In this document: piece after piece, positions 39,097 through 50,000 of the stretch
How positions within the stretch are numbered: the stretch's first letter is position 1
How the letters are laid out: the number at the start of each line of letters is the position of its first letter
Virus record (IMG/VR): IMGVR_UViG_3300028423_001099
Location: 1-64,000 of that record
Length of the DNA stretch: 64,000 nt
Direction: 5' to 3' (one strand)
From: a virus
Notes under the pieces: model-generated
The model's database searches: none
The model's input: only the letters and a program-made list of their open reading frames with translations
Told to the model about the DNA's origin: nothing
Made by a program: the position numbers and the translations under genes

Positions 39097-40617
39097 ATGT
39101 CATTGTATATTGTTAAACTAGATAAAGCCAATTACCCAGGCGGAGACACAGAAGCTCGTTCTGCCATGTCTTCAGCAGGAATTGCGGTTGAAAAAGCATT
39201 TCAACTATCACCATTGATGTACTTAGTAAACGGAGATGCCAATGACATCGACTCCCTGCCGGGATTGATGCACAAAGAGCAACATTCAACTGGATACAAT
39301 GTTAGCCTGGAAAATCTCAACACTGATCATTTGAAACTCACTGTTGACAGTGCCGGAACCACAGAGTTTAATCCAAAATACACAGGCAACAATGTTGACA
39401 TTTATCTAGTTGACACAGGTGTTAATCAGTCGCATACAGAATTTCAAGGCTCTACCATCAATGACTTGTACACCAACTTTGAAAACAATTACAGCGATGA
39501 TGTTGGACACGGCACTGCAATGGCAAGTCTGCTGGTAGGGCAAAACATCGGAGCTGCCAAAGATGCTCAATTGCACAATGTGAAGCTGTTTGGCAATAGC
39601 AACAGTACTGTTGTTATTGGAGAAATAATTGATGCACTAGAGTCTGTGCTAGTGCAGCATAATACCAGCTCAGGAAATAACATCGCAATTGTGTGCGCTC
39701 CGTGGGTAATTAATTTTAGTGCATTGTTGAATGACGTTGTCGAGAGCATGCTGTCACATGGTATAATTTTTGTATGTGCGGCAGGAAATTCAAGTGCCGA
39801 TGTTGAGAACTTTTCGCCAGCATCAGTGAAAGATGCTATCACTGTGGGAGCATACAACAGAAACTTTGAGGTTACATCATTTACAAATACACCGTGGACA
39901 AACAATGAGCCCACTGAGCCCACGTTGGTCAACTATGGTCGTTCTTTGGATATTTTTGCACTTGGTGTGGACGTAACAGCTGCTAGCATTGGAGCAAATG
40001 ATGATTATTTGCAGGCCACCGGTACCAGCACATCGGCCGCGATTGCTGCAGGAGTTCTAGCTCATTACATAGAAGCGCATCAGAACAGATCGTCAGCAGA
40101 AATCAAACAAATATTCTTGATGGAAGGTCATTATCTTGGCCGGACCAACCTGGTTTTTGACAACCAGAATTCAAATGTTGATTACAGTGAAGTTAATAGT
40201 TCTGTGGTGACTACAGAAAGAATCGATGAAAATAGTTTGACCACCAAACCTTCAGGCAGGCTTACAAATATCAAAGCTGGTGAGACAGCGCAAGTTGACC
40301 TAGGACTTAACAGCAACGCCACAGAAGTAGAGCTGTTGGATTTTGCACCAGCCCCAAGCTGGATAACAGTAGATTTAAGCACAGGAATAGTAACAGTTGA
40401 TGCAGGAAATTTGACCAACGAAACCGTGCCAGGAAATTATATTTTTGCATTAAAAGGCAATGTCAACGATCAAGTTCTGGTTGAAGAGTTTGCTGTAGGG
40501 GTTTATCAAGATAGCGAAGCAGAGTTAGCGAGCGAAGACGTGTCAGCGTTCTACTATGATGCTGACAGCGATGCATACGATGAAGTAGCAGACCTATCTC
40601 TTGCCTCAAAGTTCTAA
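39097..40617 (+). CDS. subtilisin-like serine protease (S8) with C-terminal Ig-like domain
   Basis: Catalytic triad motifs VDTG, HGT, GTS; AAGN oxyanion motif. Confidence 0.9.
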   Translation: MSLYIVKLDKANYPGGDTEARSAMSSAGIAVEKAFQLSPLMYLVNGDANDIDSLPGLMHKEQHSTGYNVSLENLNTDHLKLTVDSAGTTEFNPKYTGNNVDIYLVDTGVNQSHTEFQGSTINDLYTNFENNYSDDVGHGTAMASLLVGQNIGAAKDAQLHNVKLFGNSNSTVVIGEIIDALESVLVQHNTSSGNNIAIVCAPWVINFSALLNDVVESMLSHGIIFVCAAGNSSADVENFSPASVKDAITVGAYNRNFEVTSFTNTPWTNNEPTEPTLVNYGRSLDIFALGVDVTAASIGANDDYLQATGTSTSAAIAAGVLAHYIEAHQNRSSAEIKQIFLMEGHYLGRTNLVFDNQNSNVDYSEVNSSVVTTERIDENSLTTKPSGRLTNIKAGETAQVDLGLNSNATEVELLDFAPAPSWITVDLSTGIVTVDAGNLTNETVPGNYIFALKGNVNDQVLVEEFAVGVYQDSEAELASEDVSAFYYDADSDAYDEVADLSLASKF

Positions 40618-40632
40618 CAGGGCAATTGTGCG

Positions 40633-41640
40633 TTGACCTGCAATATCCTAGATGTAACTACATCAAATACTGTTTACAATCCAACTTCAGCACAGGGACA
40701 ATGGTTTCAGCACCGCTGGGGTCCTAGACAATATCCACAGTTATCAGTAGATCTCAAGTGGGTTAAAAGGTCAGTGCCCAGGGATCTAAAGTATGAGTTG
40801 CGCTGTATTTACGGCGATCCAATCTGCTGGAACGAATTGGTTTATTTTGCAGAATGGACCAAAGTCAAACCAGAGGTTTTCACATATGCTAACACGGACC
40901 AGCAAGATATATTGCATGCCCTCAACAGGATGGGCTGTTACACAGTAATAAGTCTTGACGGTGTTGGCGATCTCTGCGGCAAGGTAAACTTGGGTGCATC
41001 ATGGGACAATGTCCAACGTTCAATTGACGCTATATCTGGATGCGGCGCAGTTGAAATGCACACCTTTGAACACAACCTACATCAACTGCCTGAGTTATAT
41101 AAGATCTGCAAAAATCACGATATACAATTGTTTCTCAACTGTGACACCCGCAACGACAAGTTTGGAACATCTGTGATTGACAGCAAGTGTAACTGGCTCT
41201 ATGATGTCAAGCCCTGCGACACAGGAATACACGCAGTCAACGACAATAACATCGAACTCTTACAGGCGGATGCATACACAGACACAGAATCTGTGTTTTT
41301 AGACAAAAATCTCTGGGCGTTTACTTCACTCCGAACTTACATGCCAGTGTCAAGACATCGCAACATACTAGAGAATCCGTTGTTAGGCAACACAGAAATT
41401 CCCACAGAAATCAAAAAGAAATTTGACACAGAGTACGAGAGCCAAGAAGGCATGTTTGTAACGCCAGATGAAAAAATACTGTGGAATCACAAAGTGTACA
41501 CAATGTACATGTATCTGTTGGCCAATGACTGGAAGTTGGATAAAAATTACCTAGAGAAAAACAAAGACAATGTGTTTGTGCTCGAAGTGCTGCTGTATGC
41601 ACAGCACTTACACAGAGATGTCATTCTACAAACACAGTAG
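40633..41640 (+). CDS. degenerate radical-SAM-like protein lacking CxxxCxxC
   Basis: YGDP, ISLDG, W..V..., FEHN.HQ patterns. Confidence 0.45.
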   Translation: MTCNILDVTTSNTVYNPTSAQGQWFQHRWGPRQYPQLSVDLKWVKRSVPRDLKYELRCIYGDPICWNELVYFAEWTKVKPEVFTYANTDQQDILHALNRMGCYTVISLDGVGDLCGKVNLGASWDNVQRSIDAISGCGAVEMHTFEHNLHQLPELYKICKNHDIQLFLNCDTRNDKFGTSVIDSKCNWLYDVKPCDTGIHAVNDNNIELLQADAYTDTESVFLDKNLWAFTSLRTYMPVSRHRNILENPLLGNTEIPTEIKKKFDTEYESQEGMFVTPDEKILWNHKVYTMYMYLLANDWKLDKNYLEKNKDNVFVLEVLLYAQHLHRDVILQTQ

Positions 41641-41893
41641 GTGAACCGGTGCTCACAGGATGGCCACAGCTGGCCACGCTTCTTCCTGTGATGGACACCG
41701 GCCTACTTTGTGCAAATACTGTAACTGCTCCCGACACAACAACAGGATTACTGTGTGGTGGTGCACCATGGGGTGCTACAGTGTCACCAACTAAGCTGGC
41801 TGGTGCACCGTTGATCAGCACAGTAGGAGCGCCTGGGCCTGTGATCACGCCCGACGATACCAAATCAACTCCTACTCTTGCTTGTAGTCCCAT
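41621..41893 (-). CDS. PAAR-domain baseplate spike tip protein (gp5.4-like)
   Basis: ARVG.D, ING.PA..VGD.V.PH..PPH, CGH.V.TGS.TVF. Confidence 0.9.
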   Translation of the reverse strand: MGLQARVGVDLVSSGVITGPGAPTVLINGAPASLVGDTVAPHGAPPHSNPVVVSGAVTVFAQSRPVSITGRSVASCGHPVSTGSPTVFVE

Positions 41894-41901
41894 ACTGTTA
41901 T

Positions 41902-42195
41902 TTATGCTTGTGTTTCTTCGCTGATCATGTTTTGATACTCAACAGCAGTATTTTCTGCTGTTTCCAAAATGCTGAGAACATTGCGAGCATCAACGGTCAC
42001 AGACAGCGTCTCTGCTGTGAGCACATAGGGCATGAGTACCACTTGGTCGTTGTTCAAGCCTACAATTCTAGGGTTTTGCACGGTGAGCAGATGATTATCG
42101 GGATCAATACCAAGCAGTTCTGCAATAATTTCTTCTCCGGTTGCTGTGCGCAGTGTAACTGTCTTGCCCACAAATGATTGTGCATAATACATCAC
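41902..42195 (-). CDS. small beta-barrel (Sm-like) phage protein
   Basis: LRTATGEEIIA; paralog of 19327. Confidence 0.6.
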   Translation of the reverse strand: MMYYAQSFVGKTVTLRTATGEEIIAELLGIDPDNHLLTVQNPRIVGLNNDQVVLMPYVLTAETLSVTVDARNVLSILETAENTAVEYQNMISEETQA

Positions 42196-42461
42196 TGTTG
42201 CTCCTCTGTTTGAGATATCAATTTTTCAAGTCCGTCTTTGCCCAGTACGGTAAGTCCACTACAACCATCGGGCACATACACACTGTTGTTGATGTATATC
42301 TGGGGCACAGTGCGATGACCAGCATCTTTGAGAAACTGCATGCCCTGTTGGTCATTGTTTACATCTATCACTGTGTATGTGAAACCCCACTTGTCTAGTT
42401 TTTCCATTGCTGATACACAGAACGGACATGTGTGCTTGGTATATAGTTTGAGTACAGTCAT
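42192..42461 (-). CDS. glutaredoxin
   Basis: CPFC, RTVPQI; adjacent to nrdB. Confidence 0.9.
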   Translation of the reverse strand: MTVLKLYTKHTCPFCVSAMEKLDKWGFTYTVIDVNNDQQGMQFLKDAGHRTVPQIYINNSVYVPDGCSGLTVLGKDGLEKLISQTEEQQ

Positions 42462-42471
42462 AATTGGGCCT

Positions 42472-43608
42472 TTAGAGACTGAGTCCTTTGAAAGTGTCAT
42501 CATCAACATCCTGTTTGGTACCGCCGATCACATAGCTGCTCAGTTCTACTTCTTGTGGAGCAACTTGCACGTCAGAACCGGAAATCCATTTCTGTGTCCA
42601 CGGCAGAGGGTTGCTTCCTGGTGCGCTAAACGGCGGGGTGAGACCCACAGCACGCATGCGCTTAACTGCAATCCACTCCACATACTGCTTGAGCAGTTCT
42701 GCGTTGAGTCCAATCATTGAACCGTCTTTGAACAGGTATTCCGCCCACTGTTTTTCCTGCTCCATTGCACTCACAAACATGTCAATGGCCTCTTGCTCAC
42801 ATTCTGCAGCAATCTTAACAAAGTCCGGATCATCCTGTGGCAACAGTTTGAGCAACTGCTGTGTGCCACCCAAGTGCAGATTCTCATCTCGGCAGATAAA
42901 CTTGATAATCTTGGCGTTGCCTTCCATCTTTTTCACTTCTGCAAACGCCCAGCTACAAGCAAAGCTCACATAGAATCGAACACCTTCTAGGATATTCACA
43001 CTCATCATGCACAGATACAACAGTTTCTTGAGTTCATACAAATCGACCACAATCTTTTTGCCATTTACCTTGTGTTCGCCTTCGCCAAGAAGATTATACC
43101 AACTGGCCATTTCGATGAATGCATCATACTTTTCTGAGATGTCCGCGGCACAGTCCACGATCTCCTGAATATTCATCATTTCATCAAACACTTTGCTAGG
43201 GTCAGAGTACACGTTGCGGATGATGTGTGTGTAGCTGCGACTGTGGATGGTTTCGTTGAAACTCCAGGTCTCAATCCAAGTTTCCAGCTCTGGCAAGCTG
43301 ACAACAGGCAGGAAAGCCATGTTGGGAGAACGCCCTTGCACACTATCCAAGAGGATTTGTCGCTTGAGATTAGAGGTGAAGATGTGCTGTTCATGCTCTG
43401 TGAGATCGCGGAAGTCTTTGCTGTCTCGGCTCACATCTACTTCTTCGGGACGCCAAAAGAATCCCAATTGTTTGTCAGTGATCTTGTCAAACTGACGGTA
43501 CTTGAGTGTGTCATATCTCTGTATGGTTACACCGCCCTCCTCGTCAAAGAACATTTTGCTTTCTGCGTGGTTGGATTTGTTTTGTGAATCGAATACTGAT
43601 TGTGTCAT
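42472..43608 (-). CDS. nrdB: ribonucleotide reductase class Ia beta subunit
   Basis: [41 protein letters not shown]. Confidence 0.97.
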   Translation of the reverse strand: MTQSVFDSQNKSNHAESKMFFDEEGGVTIQRYDTLKYRQFDKITDKQLGFFWRPEEVDVSRDSKDFRDLTEHEQHIFTSNLKRQILLDSVQGRSPNMAFLPVVSLPELETWIETWSFNETIHSRSYTHIIRNVYSDPSKVFDEMMNIQEIVDCAADISEKYDAFIEMASWYNLLGEGEHKVNGKKIVVDLYELKKLLYLCMMSVNILEGVRFYVSFACSWAFAEVKKMEGNAKIIKFICRDENLHLGGTQQLLKLLPQDDPDFVKIAAECEQEAIDMFVSAMEQEKQWAEYLFKDGSMIGLNAELLKQYVEWIAVKRMRAVGLTPPFSAPGSNPLPWTQKWISGSDVQVAPQEVELSSYVIGGTKQDVDDDTFKGLSL

Positions 43609-44159
43609 TTTGGTCCTCTGTTTATAAATGTTACGTTGTTGATTAACTCATAGTCTACATCATACAATGGTTTTACTCTATCTTTATCTATCATTTGCAC
43701 AAAATTTCCTGATGTATTTGTGAGCGGCATCCGTTGAAAACCTATGCCGTTGTAATATACATCTATTTCGTGAAAAACGTTTTTATTATAATAAAAATAC
43801 TTAATTTTTTCCGAGTGTGCTCTAATTATTCCGTGTATAAATGCCACTTGCTCCATTAGATGCACATCGGGCTTGTCAAAGAGTCTGTTAATATAGAAAG
43901 AATCAATATATGTGCTTTTTCCGGATAATATGTGAGTATTGAAAGCACTCAAAAACCTTTCTACTGGATCTCTGAGAATGATTATAATTTCTTCTGGCTC
44001 AGAAATTTGATGTAAATTCGAAACAACCCAGTCGTCTCGCTGCCTGCAAATTGTCCTCAATGAACTTGTTCCAACTTTAGGAATACCTACCAGAAATATA
44101 TTTTTTTTCTGATTATAAAACCCGTACCCCCTAGGATGTATTCCTTGAATTAAATGCAT
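43605..44159 (-). CDS. sulfotransferase family 2-like protein
   Basis: IPKVGTSS (5'-PSB) and [11 protein letters not shown] (3'-PB). Confidence 0.65.
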   Translation of the reverse strand: MHLIQGIHPRGYGFYNQKKNIFLVGIPKVGTSSLRTICRQRDDWVVSNLHQISEPEEIIIILRDPVERFLSAFNTHILSGKSTYIDSFYINRLFDKPDVHLMEQVAFIHGIIRAHSEKIKYFYYNKNVFHEIDVYYNGIGFQRMPLTNTSGNFVQMIDKDRVKPLYDVDYELINNVTFINRGPK

Positions 44160-44266
44160 TACTACCTTCCAATATTTTTAATATGTACATTATTATTTAA
44201 TTTGACCCTTTGTCTTGCATGTTCATATAAAACTAAAACCTAGATCGTCGATCGTATAGATAGGGT

Positions 44267-46564
44267 TCAAAGTTTACAGCTCTCACAATCATCGTCGTCG
44301 GGTGTCTCGCCTTGTGCCACCGGCTGGTCTTCCACCTGATACTCGCCTTGGCCGTCGTGTGTGTTAAAGTAGTACAACTGCTTGCCGCCGTATTTGTAAA
44401 ATGTCAATATGTCTTTGAGCAGCATGCTCATAGGAATCTTTTCATCTTCGTAGTATGCAGGATTGTATGACGTATTTACTGAGATACCTTGATCAATGTA
44501 CTTCTGCAACACTGCACAGATTTTCAAATAACCTTCTGGTGACCTGTGATCCCAGAGCAAATCATACTTGTTTTTGAGACGGCGATATTCAGGCACTACC
44601 TGTTTGAGAACGCCGTGCTTGCTTTGCTTGATGCTCACAAAACTTCTAGGCGGCTCAATGCCGTTGGTGCTATTTGAGATCTGCGCACTGGTTTCTGCAG
44701 GCATCAGTGCCATCAGAGTTGAGTTACGAATACCATGTTCTACCATGCGTTGTCTCAGCTCTTTCCAGGGCATGCGCTCTTGGTGCTTGACCAGCTCGTC
44801 TACGTCTTTCTTGTAGGTTTGATTTGGTGTGATGCCATACTCATATTTGGTTTCGCCGCAGCCCGCACAGCTCTCTTTTTCTTCAGCTAGGTCCACGCTG
44901 GCTTTGATCAAGTAGTAACTCCATGCCTCGGCCCATGTGTCTACCAGTTCTAAGTCGGGGTCTTGATAATTGGTGTCATGCTTGGCCAACCAGTACGCAA
45001 AGTTGATGATACCCACGCCCAGTGGACGACGTTTCTGTGTGCTCTGCTCTGCCGCTTTCACAGGATAGCTCTGATAGTCCAACAGCGCATCCAGTGCTCT
45101 CACTGCCAAGTCACAGGGCTTTTCAAAGTCTTCGGGGTTTTTGATATTGCCCCAGTTGATAGCACTCAGTGTACACAGGCTAATCTCACCATCGGGATCG
45201 TTGATGTTGTTGAGTGGCTTGGTGGGCAAGTTGATTTCACAGCAGAGATTGCTCATTTTCACAGGCGCCTCGCTTTCCACAAATGCTCCGTGATTGTTGG
45301 CATTGTCAACATTCATCAAGTACACACGACCAGTGTCTTTGCGTTCTTGCACAAAGGCACTGAACAGATCAATGGCCTTTACTGTTTTCTTGCGCAGTCG
45401 TGTGTTGCGCTCTGCTCTTTCATAGAGTTCTTTGAAGCGTTCTTGGTCGGAGAAAAATGCCTCATAGATCTCAGGAACATCATGAGGAGAAAACAGTGTG
45501 ATATCGCCGCCTGAAATCAATCTCTCATACATCAACTTGTTGAACTGCACACCATAGTCTAGATGTCGCACACGGTTGTCTTCTGTGCCTTTGTTGTTCT
45601 TTAGCACCAGCATGTCTTCGATTTCCATGTGCCAGATGGGATAGTACAGTGTGGCTGCACCACCTCTGACACCGCCCTGGCTACAGCTCTTCACAGCACT
45701 CTGGAACATTTTGTAGAATGGAATAACACCAGTGTGTGTGGCATCGCCACTGCGGATAGGAGATCCAATGGCGCGAATAGATCCTGCACCGATGCCAATG
45801 CCTGCTTTCTGGCTCACATAGTTCACAATAGCACTAGTCGTGGCATTGATGCTGTCCAAACTGTCGTCGGTTTCTATGAGCACACAACTTGAGAACTGAC
45901 GCTGCGGTGTTCGCACACCGGCCATAATAGGAGTAGGCAAACTGATGTCAAAGTTAGAAATGGCGTCATAGTAGTCTTTGACATACTTCATGCGTGTGTC
46001 TGCAGGATAGCGAGCAAACAGAGTAGCAGCAATCAAAATATATGCTACCTGTGGCGTTTCAAAGATTTCTCCGGTGGTGCGATTTTGTGCTAGGTATTTG
46101 CCACGAAACTGCTCCATGGCAGCATATGTGAGATTGAGATCTCGATCATGATCCACAAACTCTTCTAGCTTGTTGATTTCGTCGTGTGTGTAAAGCTCTA
46201 GAATCTCAGCATCGTAAAAACCCAGTTCGATGTTCTTTTTGATGATGTCAATCAGCCAACTGGGCTCATACTGTCCATACACTGTTTTGCGTAGATGATA
46301 GTTGATTAGCCTGCCTGCCACATACTGATAGTTTGGTGTTTCTTCTGAGATAAGATCTGCAGCACTCTTGATTAGGGTTTCTTGAATGTCCGTGCTGGAA
46401 ATGCCATTGTAAAACTGTAGCTGGCTGCGAATTTCCACTTCACTGGCACTCACACCTGTGATGCCTTCGCATGCAAAGAACACAACTTTGTGCAGTTTTT
46501 CTAGATCTAGTTCTTCTCGAGATCCGTCTCTTTTGGTGACAAAGATAGGCTTGGATTTGGTCAT
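44267..46564 (-). CDS. nrdA: ribonucleotide reductase class Ia alpha subunit with ATP cone
   Basis: VTKRDG, FSSCVL, SNLCCEI, LYY, C-terminal CESC. Confidence 0.98.
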   Translation of the reverse strand: MTKSKPIFVTKRDGSREELDLEKLHKVVFFACEGITGVSASEVEIRSQLQFYNGISSTDIQETLIKSAADLISEETPNYQYVAGRLINYHLRKTVYGQYEPSWLIDIIKKNIELGFYDAEILELYTHDEINKLEEFVDHDRDLNLTYAAMEQFRGKYLAQNRTTGEIFETPQVAYILIAATLFARYPADTRMKYVKDYYDAISNFDISLPTPIMAGVRTPQRQFSSCVLIETDDSLDSINATTSAIVNYVSQKAGIGIGAGSIRAIGSPIRSGDATHTGVIPFYKMFQSAVKSCSQGGVRGGAATLYYPIWHMEIEDMLVLKNNKGTEDNRVRHLDYGVQFNKLMYERLISGGDITLFSPHDVPEIYEAFFSDQERFKELYERAERNTRLRKKTVKAIDLFSAFVQERKDTGRVYLMNVDNANNHGAFVESEAPVKMSNLCCEINLPTKPLNNINDPDGEISLCTLSAINWGNIKNPEDFEKPCDLAVRALDALLDYQSYPVKAAEQSTQKRRPLGVGIINFAYWLAKHDTNYQDPDLELVDTWAEAWSYYLIKASVDLAEEKESCAGCGETKYEYGITPNQTYKKDVDELVKHQERMPWKELRQRMVEHGIRNSTLMALMPAETSAQISNSTNGIEPPRSFVSIKQSKHGVLKQVVPEYRRLKNKYDLLWDHRSPEGYLKICAVLQKYIDQGISVNTSYNPAYYEDEKIPMSMLLKDILTFYKYGGKQLYYFNTHDGQGEYQVEDQPVAQGETPDDDDCESCKL

Positions 46565-46608
46565 AGATGGTTCCTGTGGTGTTTGATTTGTTATAGACGC
46601 ACTGTAAT

Positions 46609-46637
46609 ATAATACGTGCTTTTACTTATCAGGTCAA
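46609..46637 (-). promoter_or_regulatory. sigma70-like promoter for nrdA
   Basis: TTGACC-N17-TATTAT. Confidence 0.55.
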
Positions 46638-47071
46638 GAAAAAACTTTATCAGGCGCTATAATATGAGAGTCATAGAGTGTGCTGTTTTCTTCTAGGTGC
46701 TGTGCAGTAACAATTTCGCCGGGCAAAAAATTGTAGCACCTAGCGTTGTCAACCAACACAAGGCCTGTGTCTCCTGATGTGTGATTACTTATCACGTCAA
46801 AGCGAAGCGTTTCTTGATTTATGAGCTTGAAGTACCACAGAGTAGAAGCAAGCACCAGGCAGACACCACTGTAGCAGAACATGCCTTCCTGCACAATCTC
46901 AAAAACGTTGGGCCAGGATTCAGGTGTATAGAAATCAATATATCTGGGTTTGAGAGGAGCAGTGGAAAAATAATCGACAACATCCTGCGGCGCTGCAATG
47001 TGTGCACTGTGCCTGAGATCTCGCCAACTTTGTAATCGTTGCTCCCCGGTTTGCCTGGGTGCAAACATCAA
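46634..47071 (-). CDS. hypothetical protein
   Basis: RLQSWRDLR...WP.V.E motif; follows tail gene. Confidence 0.6.
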   Translation of the reverse strand: MMFAPRQTGEQRLQSWRDLRHSAHIAAPQDVVDYFSTAPLKPRYIDFYTPESWPNVFEIVQEGMFCYSGVCLVLASTLWYFKLINQETLRFDVISNHTSGDTGLVLVDNARCYNFLPGEIVTAQHLEENSTLYDSHIIAPDKVFS

Positions 47072-47076
47072 CTATC

Positions 47077-50000
47077 TCAGCTTGTGCCTGCCCAGCGCCT
47101 CAGCACATAACGCAAGGTCAACGTGCTATTTAAATTGTGTGCAATATCTGATATACCACCATTGGGTTCAGGTTGGCCTTCCAGCTTGACGTTGACGGTT
47201 GTGCCGGACATAGATGCACTGAACTTGGGTTCAACTGCTATGTTGGCTTCACTGTCTACATAACTGCTGTATGTGTCAGTGATAACCACTGCATTGGAGG
47301 TTCCAACGTCTGGTCTGGCAGATATCAGCATGGTGCCGGTGCGACTGTATTTGTCTGAGCCTGTGCCAGAGACTTCGTTGATGCTGTACTCAACAACAAA
47401 GTTATTGTAGAGTTCTGTTTCTAGGCCGAACACTGTGCTGTCCACTGTGGCAATGTCGCCGCGTAGTATGGTAGCAGTCTCCATGCTCAGATAGCTAAGA
47501 GTCTTCTGGCCCGAAGACGCAGCATCTGCTGTGAGAATTTCAATGTTGTTTTTGTAATTGACTAAGCCGCGAGCACCGCCCAATGCATCTTGTCTGCGAT
47601 CAAATGCACTGTCGCTGTAGATGTTGTTTACCAGATAATTGAAATTGTTGCACTCTTCTCTGGTGCAAAAAAGTATTTCCCCAAAGGTGTCGTCGATCTC
47701 CAGCTGATAGTTGCCTAGGTTGCTTACTAGATTGGAGTTGTTGGTGTAGGCATTGCCGCCCAACAACACCTGTTCAAAGAGATTTACACGTCTGTCAATC
47801 AGCATGCTGTTGAGCCACTTCTCTAGCTTGGCTCGCACAGTGTCATCTCTGTCATAGGCCCGCGGTTCCAGTTTGAGATTGCTGAGTGTGCCCTGTGAAT
47901 CTTCGAATAGCTCAAACTCAACCCCGCCGATGTCCACGCTGGAGTAACCACTGCGCTGTGTGACCACAACACGGTTGTCGTTGTTGGGCATCACAAACAT
48001 TTCAGGAAATATGCTCACTGTGCCCACACTGTTGGCATCCAGCGTGCTGATGCCGGCTGCAGGAATTGATATGTTGCGATCTTCACTGACAATGTCACTG
48101 GCTTCTTGCAGTGTGGTTGCTGATGATAGATCAATGCTGAGAATAGGATCAACTGTGACACCTTCTGCGTTATCTTGCAGCACAGGACGAACCTTTCCTG
48201 TTTCTTGTGTGTTGGACACATTAGCTAGATTGGTAACACTGTCTTCTACAACAATAGTGTCTGTGTCACGCACTATGAAGTTGGTGTTTGAATTTTCACC
48301 AAAATTTTCACTGAATACCACAACAGCATCAACGCCATTTTTATCTAGACTGTGATTTGGAATCAACACCTGAAACGTGTTCGATGAATCGCCTGTTGCA
48401 TGATTAACAAAGGTTACTGTGGTGTTTGACAAAGCAGAAACATTGGAAAGAGTAAACACATTGCTGGATACATTAACAACATCGCCAGAAATATTGCTGT
48501 CATGAGTAAACACCGTAACAGTGTCGTTGGGCTGAACTCCGCGCACATCCCCAGTAACTGTGAGCACATTGCTGTTGGTGTCTAGGTTGGCTTCTGCATT
48601 TCTCACAAACACAGCATTTTCAATATCAGGCACTTCTACTTCTACTGTGCCGGTTGCCGGCACACTGCTCACTGGATAGTATGCCACTGCCTGTTCAATG
48701 TAATGATCATTGCTTGTGGAAATTCTCAGATGATCATATCTGTACCGATCCTGTGGCCCACTGATATTAGCGCCGGGCACAGAAAACACAGCAAGGTTGT
48801 TGTTGAACTCCACAGACGAACCGCTGCTGAAATCTATCTCCACTGTGCTTGGCGTGCTTTCGGGTAAACTGTTTTCAATTTCGGTGTTTGTAGTGTCTAG
48901 CACACTGTCTGAGCGATGCACCAATAAATTGCCTAAGGCTACATTGCTAACATCAGCAGTGCTTTTTGCCAGCACAGAAATCTGATGTTGGTTGAATGCA
49001 ATATAACCCAGACCACTGGTATCACTGATTCTCAGTGATTCGGGATCAACTCTGAGAAAATCTTCGATATCATACTCGCTGTAAAACGACTCTTTGGGGA
49101 CTGTGCGAGATACGTATTTTTTGTTTGGGTCTTTGCCTGTGATTGGTACACCTTCTAGCGCGCCCAGCACAGCAGTATTACTATAGTAATTCAGTGTAAC
49201 AGTGTCCTGTGCGCTAGGCGCAGTGCGTAGTGTGAGTACATGGCTGCCTGATGTTGACACATTGCTAGCATCAAACACAAAGTCTGCAGTTGGACCAGGT
49301 AGATCTTTGACACTGTTGTCGTCAGGAACCAACTGTGTGCCATTTTTCTTGACCACAACATCACCATTGACAAATTCTCGCTGTGTTTCGTCTGGCCCTG
49401 TGTAACTGCTAAACAGGTTGGTTGTGGGATAACGAAAAAATTCCAACTCGGTGCCAGAGTCAATAACAGTGCCTTTGCCTCCAGCCAAAGTAACACGATA
49501 AGTGTTATTGTCAATGCGCTGAGAATTATCTATCCTCACAGGGCCCTCAAGGCCAGGCAAAGCTGAACCGTCGGCTTGACGAACAAAGTCGCCGTGTACT
49601 AAAGTATTGCCTCCGGCAGTGTCCTTGCCCAGTATGCGTGATAAATCAGAAGGCGCGCCTGTGATATTGAACGAACTACGCGCGCTGGCACTGTCGTCTT
49701 CCACTGTGGCTTTGATGCTAGCAGTGGCATTGACGCCAAACACTGGCTGAGTTGAACTGGTATATCTACAACGCGGTGATTGTGCGGAATTGATAATACT
49801 TCGGCTGGCATCTGGCTGCCAACTTTTGTTCTTCTTGAGGTTGTTGAATTCGCCAGGCGAAAACTTTATAAAAGGCACAGTGAAAGCAATTAGCTGATTG
49901 TCCACAATGCTCTCTGTGTGGGCGCGAGCATTTAAGGTATTTTCAAAATAGCTGATTGCGCTGTACTGTGAGCTGTTGGGATGTTGACTGTCAGCGCCTA

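Noticed and set aside
42472-46564. Introns, inteins or homing endonuclease in the nrd genes
   Set aside because: NrdA (765 aa) and NrdB (378 aa) are uninterrupted and of normal size; the intervening ORF has no HNH, GIY-YIG or LAGLIDADG motif
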